Shown here: in pieces, positions 1-9,629 of the stretch
How the letters are laid out: each line of letters opens with the position of its first letter
Position numbering within the stretch: position 1 is the stretch's first letter
From: Naegleria gruberi
Lineage: Eukaryota
Strand: one strand, 5' to 3'
Assembly (NCBI GenBank): GCA_000004985.1
Contig: GG738846.1
DNA length: 64,000 nt
Translations under genes and position numbers: made by a program
Notes under the pieces: generated by a model
Databases searched by the model: none
Told to the model about the DNA's origin: nothing
The model's input: the letters and a program-made list of their open reading frames with translations, nothing else

Positions 1-692
1 ATGGAACTTTTCAATTTTCTAGATTTTCCTCTGAAACCATATGCTTGATCTTGTAATTGTTCTGTTCTTTCTACGAGAGTTTCTAATTTTTCTCCTCTCT
101 CAATAACTTTGTCAATATTTGAAATCATTACATCTTTGGTGGCATCTATTTGATTTTTAAGTTTGTAAATTTTATCATTTTCAAAATTATTGTAATGAGC
201 CATTCTATCTTTAATAATACTTGAAACAGCCTTATAGGTTTGATTTCCAAAACTGTTGTTACTAAAACCTTGTCTCTTAAATTGTGTTTCTACATCATCA
301 ATAAAATTATAACAAATTCTCATTGGACATTCTGCATCGGAACAAACAAGAAAAAGATATTTGTTATCCACAACTTTGTAATGAAAATTAAATGTTGCTT
401 GTGTTAGTGTTCGTTTGTGATTAACATGAGAAATCTTTTCTCCAATACTTAGACAAGTTTGTCTAATAATTTGAGCGTGTTGATGACTTGTCCCTGAAAA
501 ACTTCCAACAAAATTTCCATTACTTATTGTCAATCCACGAAAATATTCTCCAATTAAAATACACGATGATGATGAATCGGTAGAGGAAGCATTAGGATTT
601 GATGTATAATATTCAGATGAATCAATGGCATCCTTGAAAACAGATATGAGTCCATAAACAAGTTGTGCCGGAGAAGAGGAGGATGAAGACAT
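1..692 (-). CDS. Longin-domain R-SNARE, VAMP7-like. Partial: the 3' part of the gene, encoding the transmembrane anchor, runs off the window start.
   Basis: Reverse-strand ORF from the ATG at 692 (A-rich context) with no stops down to position 1. The N-terminal longin segment reads FNFHYKVVDNKYLFLVCSDAE, close to VAMP7 YLFHYICQDRIVYLCITDDDF. The SNARE motif reads NIDKVIERGEKLETLVERTEQL, with the zero-layer Arg in RGEKLE matching VAMP7 RGERLELLIDKTENL. It is missing from the ORF track only because it reaches the window edge. Confidence 0.6.
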   Translation of the reverse strand, partial: MSSSSSSPAQLVYGLISVFKDAIDSSEYYTSNPNASSTDSSSSCILIGEYFRGLTISNGNFVGSFSGTSHQHAQIIRQTCLSIGEKISHVNHKRTLTQATFNFHYKVVDNKYLFLVCSDAECPMRICYNFIDDVETQFKRQGFSNNSFGNQTYKAVSSIIKDRMAHYNNFENDKIYKLKNQIDATKDVMISNIDKVIERGEKLETLVERTEQLQDQAYGFRGKSRKLKSS

Positions 693-893
693 TTTTTGAT
701 CGTTGTTTTTGTGTGCTATCTTAGAGAGTTAATTAGAACCTCAACAACCACACAGTATTAAAATTTCTCTCACTCAAAATGTACCAAGTTTTGACGGTGT
801 AACAATCCATCCTCGAGAAAATGTTTCAAAGTAACAACGTTTAAAAACAATACAAAATAAATTCAGAAAGGATTTAAGGATGTGAAAGAGGAT

Positions 894-1043
894 AAATTTA
901 TATGACCTCGGTTGGATATTTGAATAGTAATTAAAGGTTCTTAATTTAAAAAAAACAGACAAACAATGTTTCTTATTTGATACTATAGTAATGAACAAGT
1001 ATTCTTGTGTTGGGATTATTTATAATCTAATTTGTGGAAAAGG
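894..1043. repeat. Copy A of a roughly 155 bp dispersed repeat (other copies at 4757-4919 and 6888-7050).
   Basis: Shared core TGTTTCTTATTTGATACTATAGTAATGAACAAGTATTCTTGTGTTGGGATTATTTATAATCYAATTTGTGGAAAAGG, preceded by AAATTTATWTGACCTC..TAATTAA..TTAATTTAAAAAAAA. The three copies are near-identical in the core and diverged in the 5' half. Confidence 0.6.
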
Positions 1044-4000
1044 GATTCAAGGAATGCCCTGTTGATTTTGGATAACGTTTTTAAGAATTTGTTATTATTG
1101 GATTTGCAAAATTATATTCTCCAAACAAGATTAATGAAAGTCCTAGCCTAGTTTAAAGATGGGAGGGTAAGAGGAATCTTGGTATTCATTTATTTAGACG
1201 ATTATTAAATCATTCAAAAGATCAGTTTATCTTGATTAGTTCTAAAGGATTTAGAAAAATTTGATTCCTCATTCAAAAAGACAAACGTTGCGAAAAAAAG
1301 AAACCTCTTCTCCACTCATGTGTAAAATAATATTCTCTCCCCACTCGTGGGAAATGTAATGTTTTTTAAAAGAAAACCAATAATAAACCAATAAATAAAG
1401 CCCATTCTACAACTTCTACCTATTAGGTAGTATGTAACTTGGTTGCTGCTTTATTCAACAACAACAAACCTCAAAAAACCAAATCCACTACCAAAACAAA
1501 AACACTTCCAAATATTTCCACTACAACAATAAAACACCTTACCTTCTCTTCATGAATGCCTATAGCTATTTCCATCAAGAAATTACTTAAGGATATGTTT
1601 ATTAGTAGAGATGGTAATTAGTTGTACACTTTTGTAAATAGAAAGGAAGTTTAATGAACAACAATACAATAGTTTTAAATCACCTCATCCTAACAAGAAT
1701 ATAATGAGAAAAGTGAAAAAAACTTACCCAGCAACGATAATTCCATAGCCTTAACAAGAGAAGGGATTGGAATAAGAAGAATTATAATAAAAATAGTACC
1801 GTGGATCTTAGAAATCACAATTTGAAGAATCAGTAAAGCCCAATATTTCGTAATTTTCTAACCAACACCCCTAAATTTCTACCTCTCCTCCCCACTTGTA
1901 CTCTTTTTGCATACCTAGGAGTTTTGTTAGACGTTTATTAAAGTTTAGTAAAAATTTTAGAAGACAAAAAGATTACAGCTTTAAATTAAAGGTTTATCAA
2001 CAAAATAAAGTGTCGTTTCTGAAATACTAAATTTATTCTTCTCACACGCGTGTAGATTAATTCGCAAGAATAATAATAATAAATAATGATTGAGGATATC
2101 AACTTTTGTATAATATATAAACTCTAATACTTCTAATGGTTGCAACTAGCCTAAAAAACCATCTACTCAATTCAAAAAACTTTAAAAAACCATAAAAACA
2201 AATCTGAAATATCTGTAGTGCTTTAAATTTAAAATAAACACACAAATCATATAAAAAATTGTTAAAATTTTCATATATTTGATTAAGAAACCAGGTTAAT
2301 AATGATCCTATCTTGTTCCTGATAATGATATCCACTTAATATCTACCAAGCAATACTACAAAAGCTATTGCTTTACATAATTGGCTATCCAAATGGAAAT
2401 GTCATTTGACCAAATTATCTGTCACCTAATTGGATATGATTAAATGAAATCCAATAAAATAATAAATTATTAAAAAATTATTGACTTACTAGCCTACATA
2501 AGCTTAACGCTTACTGCGAATAAATAAGTATGTTAATATATTTCTAGAGAATGAAAATTCATTCCAATTTCCAACTCTCAGTACATTGAAGGGCTGGTAA
2601 AATTGTTTCAAATAACTTTAAGCATCATTGGATACTTTGAATCTAGCATCATCAGAACTTGTAAAAGAGTTTCATTTGAGTTTTTCAATCACGAAATCTT
2701 TCGAAAGCTCTGGTCTTTTGAACTCCTCAACTTTTCTTGGCTTGATGATTGTAAGGTTCAAGTTTTTTCTCTTTCTGGGTGGAGTGATGTTTTTCTGGAT
2801 TTTTTCTTGTTTCACACTTTTTTTCTTGTTCCTGTTTAATTCTTAATTCAGAATATGGTGTTTCATTAAGATTTTCTTCTACTTCCTCAACATCTTCCGT
2901 TCCATCAACAATAGAATCAGCAAGATTAGGGAATGTTTTAACTTCAGCAAATGCAGTAAAGAAAAAGTTGACATCAGGAAAAAGAAAGCTTCAATAAATG
3001 TGCAGGAAAGGTTTAAACATTTCTTGAATTATGCTCAAACAAATTTCAAAAATTGCTCAAACATTTTTCAAACCACTTTTTTAAAAAGGCGCCTTTTTAT
3101 TTCTTTTTGACTTTTCCGAAAATCTAATCTTCTTAATTAGGTTGAAGATTTTTAAAAATTAATGGTCTTTTTTATTTTATATTACTTTAAACCTAGAAAC
3201 TCTATTAAACGCTATGAGGAATGGATTTGTTTTCGATTGTAACTTACAAAATAAAGTGAATATTTTCGCTTATTAAGTATATCAGAACCACCTTGATTCC
3301 GAGTTGTTAAAAATTTTCGATGCTCAAAAAATTATTAGAAATGTCTGGCAATAACAAAAAAAGAAATCCACAAAAGAAACAACACTCTCCAAGTTCAAGA
3401 CTTGCTCAATAAAGATTTACATCCTTCAAACACCATACTAAACCAAACGGTACTAAGATCCACCATTGATTGATACTGGTGATGTTAAAGACTGTATTTA
3501 CCTCAACCATTACCATAATCACTACCTTCAAAATCAGCAATAATTGAGAATACTACAAACAAATTATCATCCTCGAATGTTGCTTTATCCAGGATCATCA
3601 ATCACCTAATAAATCAAAGAACCCCAAGATATTGTCAATAGCGTACACCAAGAAAAGGTTATGCCGACAATAGCGTAACCTTTTCTTAGTGACGAATCAA
3701 AGAACCCCAAGACATTGTGGCAAAGATCTGAAACACTGTTGTGTGATATCTTTGAAAAACCATCCGCTCTTAGTTGGTGCTTACTTCATTTTTAGAATTT
3801 TTGTAAATTCTCCTTGTCGAATAGATAAACGAAAGTCAAATGAAACGAAAGATATTTAATCAGAGGATTTCCTCTTACTACGATGATCATAGAACCGGCA
3901 GCTAACAGTCAATGGCATAACCTTTTCTTAGTACGTTATCACTTTATCAAGACGTTTTGTTCGTTTAATGGAAACATGTTTTTCTTTTCCCCGGTCAACA

Positions 4001-4756
4001 ATTTTGATCCAAATATTCCCTTCCTAATACTTATTTCCTTTGGATCATAAAAATTTTCTGTATAATAAGTTTTCTCCTTTTCATCAAACATTGGTTTCAG
4101 TGATCGTTCAAACTCATCCAATGACATAACAAAATGTATTTCGAAGTTGTCTTAGATGTAATGTCAATCTTGTTGCGTAGGTTCGAAATATTGTTGGCAC
4201 ACAAAAGAACAATCATCAAACAAAGGTTCGTTGATGTGGAGTTTTATAATTTTAGTAGTAATTTTTTTTTGATCAATATCAAAATTGGGATTCTCTTAAT
4301 ATGCAATACCTTAAAACTCGTCTTACAATCCTAAAACTAAATACTTTATAGTGAGTGGTAATATAATTTCTCCTCTATTCAAATGTATCAAACAAAAAAC
4401 TGCTCTGAATAAATCTTAATACCTAAAAACAGCAATAACAAGGCTACAAACTACCTAAGAATAGGTAGATGTTATAGTGTGAGGAATTCCATAACTCAGA
4501 AAGCGAGAATATTAATATCCAATATCTATCCCAAACCGCTTTTTTAGGATATGGCTTTTTAAAAAGGGCAATCTGGTTGAATTTTTACTTATTTATGGCT
4601 ATGGAATTTTATAAAATATATTGTTTCTAGGGATGTAGTGACATGTGTCCTCCTACCAATAATCCAATAACAATATCAACCACTATTAAGGATTTTTGGA
4701 ACAATTTTACGTATTGTGGTAAATTTCTAGATTTGTAAATTAAAAGAAATATCTAG

Positions 4757-4919
4757 AAATTTATTTGACCTCAGTAATTACATTTATATGTTATGCAATG
4801 GTAATTAATTTAAAAAAAAAAGACAAACAATTCTGCAAACATTGTTTCTTATTTGATACTATAGTAATGAACAAGTATTCTTGTGTTGGGATTATTTATA
4901 ATCCAATTTGTGGAAAAGG
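4757..4919. repeat. Dispersed repeat copy B (inside duplication unit 1).
   Basis: Same core as copy A, plus an 11 bp insertion ATTCTGCAAAC. It lies about 270 bp upstream of the lipid-kinase ORF. Confidence 0.6.
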
Positions 4920-5052
4920 TACCTATTTTATTAGTTGATCATCACGATCCATTATTACTTTATAAAAACAATTTCAATTAAACCTTAAATTGTATAATAA
5001 TTGATTTAAAGGAAAGGCAGAAGATGTTTTCCAACGAATAATATTTCCCAAA

Positions 5053-5524
5053 TTGCATGATCATTTCACAACTAAAAATCAAATTCCGATGCAGTACATG
5101 AAAACCCAATGCAGAGATGATGGCGTGAGATGTGCATTTGAATTGGTGACCAAATATCAATGTGATTTACTTTTTGGAATTGGAGGTGATGGCAGTCTGG
5201 GAAGTGTACTAAACGGATTGATTTTAGGTTGTCTACATTTGAATCCAAATGTTCTCAACTCAGAGGAATCATCAAGGCAACTCCCAGTCCATTTAGGAGT
5301 AATACCCAGTGGTACAGGAAATGATTTTGTTAGAACTCTATTGGAAACATCTGGAGATTACTATTTGGACATAGTTGATGGTTTTGAAAATGGATATTTT
5401 GAGGATAGTGTCAGTAAAATTGTGGACATGATCATTTCTGATAGCAAGACGATACCTATTGATGTTGGAAGAATGGATTATACTCCATCATCAATTGATG
5501 AGGAATTTTCTAATGGGAATGATA
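5053..5524 (+). pseudogene. Truncated duplicate of the 5' part of the lipid-kinase gene (DAGK catalytic domain). It is cut off by the N-gap, so it is either an assembly or haplotype copy or a partial duplicate.
   Basis: Identical to the first 157 codons of the 7184-8239 ORF except one Y-to-C difference. The ORF runs straight into the N run at 5525. Confidence 0.5.
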
Positions 5525-5584
5525 CGACTGGAGGNNNNNNNNNNNNNNNNNNNNNNNNNNNNNNNNNNNNNNNNNNNNNNNNNN
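5525..5584. other. Assembly gap (60 N).
   Basis: A run of n characters in the sequence. Confidence 1.
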
Positions 5585-7655
5585 AATAGAGTGAATATTT
5601 TCGCTTATTAAGTATATCAGAACCACCTTGATTCCGAGTTGTTAAAAATTTTCGATGCTCAAAAAATTATTAGAAATGTCTGGCAATAACAAAAAAAGAA
5701 ATCCACAAAAGAAACAACACTCTCCAAGTTCAAGACTTGCTCAATAAAGATTTACATCCTTCAAACACCATACTAAACCAAACGGTACTAAGATCCACCA
5801 TTGATTGATACTGGTGATGTTAAAGACTGTATTTACCTCAACCATTACCATAATCACTACCTTCAAAATCAGCAATAATTGAGAATACTACAAACAAATT
5901 ATCATCCTCGAATGTTGCTTTATCCAGGATCATCAATCACCTAATAAATCAAAGAACCCCAAGATATTGTCAATAGCGTACACTAAGAAAAGGTTATGCC
6001 GACAATAGCATAACCTTTTCTTAGTGACGAATCAAAGAACCCCAAGATATTGTCAATGGCATAACCTTTTCTTAGTACGTTATCACTTTATCAAGACGTT
6101 TTGTTCGTTTAATGGAAACATGTTTTTCTTTTCCCCGGTCTACAATTTTGATCCAAATATTCCCTTCCTAATACTTATTTCCTTTGATTTCATAAAAATT
6201 TTCAGTATAATAAGTTTTCTCCTTTTCATCAAACACTGGTTTCAATGATCGTTCAAACTCATCCAATGACATAACAAAATGTATTTCGAAGTTGTCTTAA
6301 ATGTAATGTCAATCTTGTTGCGTAGGTTCGAAATATTGTTGGCACACAAAAGAACAATCATCAAACAAAGGTTCGTTGATGTGGAGTTTTATAATTTTAG
6401 TAGTAATTTTTTTTGATCAATATCAAAATTGGGATTCTCTTAATATGCAATACCTTAAAACTCGTCTTACAATCCTAAAACTAAATACTTTATAGTGAGT
6501 GGTAATATAATTTCTCCTCTATTCAAATGTATCAAACAAAAAACTGCTCTGAATAAATCTTAATACCTAAAAACAGCAATAACAAGGCTACAAACTACCT
6601 AAGAATAGGTAGATGTTATAGTGTGAGGAATTCCATAACTCAGAAAGCGAGAATATTAATATCCAATATCTATCCCAAACCGCTTTTTTAGGATATGGCT
6701 TTTTAAAAAGGGCAATCTGGTTGAATTTTTACTTATTTATGGCTATGGAATTTTATAAAATATATTGTTTCTAGGGATGTAGTGACATGTGTCCAATAAC
6801 AATACATCAACCACTATTAAGGATTTTTGGAACAATTTTACGTATTGTGGTAAATTTCTAGATTTGTAAATTAAAAGAAATATCCAGAAATTTATTTGAC
6901 CTCAGTAATTACATTTATATGTTATGCAATGGTAATTAATTTAAAAAAAAAAGACAAGCAATTCTGCAAACATTGTTTCTTATTTGATACTATAGTAATG
7001 AACAAGTATTCTTGTGTTGGGATTATTTATAATCCAATTTGTGGAAAAGGTACCTATTTTATTAGTTGATCATCACGATCCATTATTACTTTATAAAAAC
7101 AATTTCAATTAAACCTTAAATTGTGTAATAATTGATTTAAAGGAAAGGCAGAAGATGTTTTCCAACGAATAATATTTCCCAAATTGCATGATCATTTCAC
7201 AACTAAAAATCAAATTCCGATGCAGTGCATGAAAACCCAATGCAGAGATGATGGCGTGAGATGTGCATTTGAATTGGTGACCAAATATCAATGTGATTTA
7301 CTTTTTGGAATTGGAGGTGATGGCAGTCTGGGAAGTGTACTAAACGGATTGATTTTAGGTTGTCTACATTTGAATCCAAATGTTCTCAACTCAGAGGAAT
7401 CATCAAGGCAACTCCCAGTCCATTTAGGAGTAATACCCAGTGGTACAGGAAATGATTTTGTTAGAACTCTATTGGAAACATCTGGAGATTACTATTTGGA
7501 CATAGTTGATGGTTTTGAAAATGGATATTTTGAGGATAGTGTCAGTAAAATTGTGGACATGATCATTTCTGATAGCAAGACGATACCTATTGATGTTGGA
7601 AGAATGGATTATACTCCATCATCAATTGATGAGGAATTTTCTAATGGGAATGATA
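5585..7655. repeat. Unit 2 of the tandem duplication.
   Basis: Matches 3226-5524; see unit 1. Confidence 0.8.
6888..7050. repeat. Dispersed repeat copy C (inside duplication unit 2).
   Basis: Near-identical to copy B. Confidence 0.6.
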
Positions 7656-8239
7656 CGACTGGAGTGAAACTGAAAGATTGTAATGAGATGATGAAAAGCC
7701 GATTCTTCCTTAATGCATCAACGATTGGTATTGGTCCAGAGATTTTAAAGAGTGTCAATGATCCAAATTCTTTCCTTCCTAAGAGTTTACAATATTATAT
7801 TCAACCAATATTGAAAGAGTTCACATATAAAAATCCACTACTTGAATTGGATATTACAAGCGAAAAGAAGATTTGCAAAAAGATGCAACTAGTCATTGTT
7901 TCCAATGGGAGGTATGTCAATAACGGATTCAAAATGAATCCATTTGCAAGTTTAACCAATAACCAACTTGATTTGTGCATTGTTGAGGATGTTGGTGTAT
8001 TTGATTTACATCTTTTCTATTACCTCAAATATGGAACTCATTTGAATTATCCTAAAGTCATTATGGAAAGCACAAAAAGTCTCACTGTTGATACTAAAGA
8101 ATGTGTATTCGTTGAATGTGATGGTGATGTTATTGGGATGTTACCAGTGATGTACAAAGTAATGCCATCAGTGGTGAATGTTCTGGTTCCAAAAAGTTTC
8201 ACCCCAACAGCTGCAAATAATAAATTAAATATTAATTAA
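7184..8239 (+). CDS. Lipid kinase with a diacylglycerol-kinase catalytic (DAGK_cat) domain, sphingosine/ceramide-kinase-like. The 5' end is uncertain: the first in-frame ATG is at 7220, and upstream exons may exist.
   Basis: Motifs DLLFGIGGDGSLGSVLNGL (GGDG) and GVIPSGTGNDF are characteristic of the DAGK/sphingosine kinase catalytic fold. The usual N-terminal NPxSGG-type segment is not in the ORF; an in-frame stop at 7133 limits any upstream extension without splicing. Confidence 0.55.
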   Translation: MHDHFTTKNQIPMQCMKTQCRDDGVRCAFELVTKYQCDLLFGIGGDGSLGSVLNGLILGCLHLNPNVLNSEESSRQLPVHLGVIPSGTGNDFVRTLLETSGDYYLDIVDGFENGYFEDSVSKIVDMIISDSKTIPIDVGRMDYTPSSIDEEFSNGNDTTGVKLKDCNEMMKSRFFLNASTIGIGPEILKSVNDPNSFLPKSLQYYIQPILKEFTYKNPLLELDITSEKKICKKMQLVIVSNGRYVNNGFKMNPFASLTNNQLDLCIVEDVGVFDLHLFYYLKYGTHLNYPKVIMESTKSLTVDTKECVFVECDGDVIGMLPVMYKVMPSVVNVLVPKSFTPTAANNKLNIN

Positions 8240-8412
8240 TTAAAACAACACTCGGTGCTTTAATGATCTTCAACCGATGAGCGTTAAATTCTGGCGTGTA
8301 TTCTTCGGTAAAAGTTTTTATTGTAAAATATCCCATTTGTTAGGGTGAGCAAAATTGAAAAAATTCTTGTTGAAAAAAAAAGACAGTCACTCTATCTTCC
8401 ACTCCACTCACT

Positions 8413-9456
8413 ATGTCTACCTCTTTCATTTATAAGGGTCAATTGACCGGTCACAACGGTATGTTGATAACACAATTTTAATACTGATGAACATTATATA
8501 TTTGCTTCCATACATTTAATACAAATTATTAATATGTATAATTATTATTAATATAATATTTTTCTAAAGGTTGGGTCACTTGTTTGTCCACCTCTGCTGC
8601 CAATCCAAACATCTTGGTTTCTGGTTCCCGTGATAAGTCTATTGTTGTCTGGGAATTGACTAAGGAACAAGGTGCTTATGGTGTTCCAAAGAGATCCCTC
8701 ACTGGTCACGCTCACTATGTCTCTGACATCTGTATGACCGCTGATGCTCAATATGTCTTGTCTGGTTCTTGGGATAAGACTCTCAGATTGTGGAATTTGA
8801 GCAATGGTAACTGTGAAAGAAACTTCTTGGGTCACACCAACGATATCTTGTCTGTTTCCTTCTCTCACGATGACAGACAAATCGTCTCTGGTTCCCGTGA
8901 TAAGACCATCAAGTTGTGGAACACTTTGGGTGAATGCAAGTACAACATTACCGATAAGGGTCACAAGGAATGGGTCAGTTGTGTTAGATTCGTTGCCAAC
9001 AAGGAAAAGCCATTGATCATTTCTGCTGGTTGGGACAAGATTGTCAAGTTGTGGGATTTGTCCACTTGTACCTTGAACACCAATTTGGTTGGTCACACTG
9101 GTTACATTAACTCTGTCTGTGTTTCTCCTGATGCTTCCTTGTGTGCTTCTGGTGGTAAGGACGGTGTTGCCGTTTTGTGGGATTTGACTAAGGGTGAACA
9201 CTTGTATCACTTGCCTTTGGATGGTAACGATGTTATCAATGCTTTGGCTTTCTCCCCAACTAAGTACTGGTTGTGTGCTGCTACTGATAATTGTATCAAG
9301 ATCTGGGACCTCCAATCCAAGACTGTCCTCGCTGAATTGGTTCCTGAATCAAAGGGTAACAAGAAGCCAGCTTGTATTTCTCTTGCCTGGTCTGCTGATG
9401 GTACTACTTTGTTCTCTGGTTACACTGATAACACCATCCGTGTCTGGGGTTGTTAA
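8413..9456 (+). CDS. RACK1: RACK1 (Gbeta-like WD40 ribosomal scaffold, Asc1/Cpc2 orthologue). Two exons: 8413-8458 and 8570-9456.
   Basis: Exon 1 reads [16 protein letters not shown], then a GTATGT donor and a 111 bp AT-rich intron ending ...CTAAAG. The split Gly codon is restored, giving GWVTCLST... The spliced 310-aa product aligns along its whole length with RACK1 (WD repeats, GHxxxV..., [12 protein letters not shown]). Confidence 0.85.
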
Positions 9457-9629
9457 ATTGTCTCCTTATTAGCTAATAAAATATTAAATTCCTAAAACAC
9501 ACTCGTAATTTTAATATTGGTGGTTTTCGTTTAAATTTACCCTTAATTGTTTATTGAAAATTTTAAAAAGAACAGTCATTCAAATCAATCTACAAGCGTC
9601 ACAACAAGAGATATTAAAAACAATTTAAA

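Larger units (their letters stand above)
3226..5524. repeat. Unit 1 of a roughly 2.3 kb tandem duplication; it ends at the assembly gap.
   Basis: 3226-5524 is about 98-99% identical to 5588-7655. The differences are scattered SNPs, a roughly 214 bp indel (3701-3914 present only in unit 1) and a roughly 13 bp indel near 4651-4663. Confidence 0.8.

Noticed and set aside
1150-1560. Tiny candidate first exons (ATGGGAGG/GTAAGA at about 1160; reverse-strand ATGGAAATAGCTATAGGCATTCATGAAGAGAAG/GTAAGG at about 1560) that could add a 5' exon to the VAMP7-like gene.
   Set aside because: No acceptor places them in frame with any downstream exon, and in-frame stops sit immediately upstream of the VAMP7 ATG. 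They are probably chance GT sites in the promoter or UTR.
3939-4334. A 62-aa reverse and a 66-aa forward ORF in the duplicated block (and their counterparts in copy 2).
   Set aside because: They are not conserved between the two near-identical copies, since indels and SNPs break them in copy 2. There are no motifs, and the region is AT-rich non-coding-like.
8459-8569. Possible box C/D snoRNA in the RACK1 intron (TGATGA present).
   Set aside because: There is no D box (CTGA) near the 3' end and no terminal stem. The intron is only 111 bp, and most of it is AT-rich spacer.
8548-9472. A 255-aa reverse-strand ORF and small forward ORFs overlapping RACK1.
   Set aside because: They are antisense or alternative-frame ORFs inside a highly conserved WD40 coding region and have low-complexity translations. 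They are typical read-through of a codon-biased gene, not genes.
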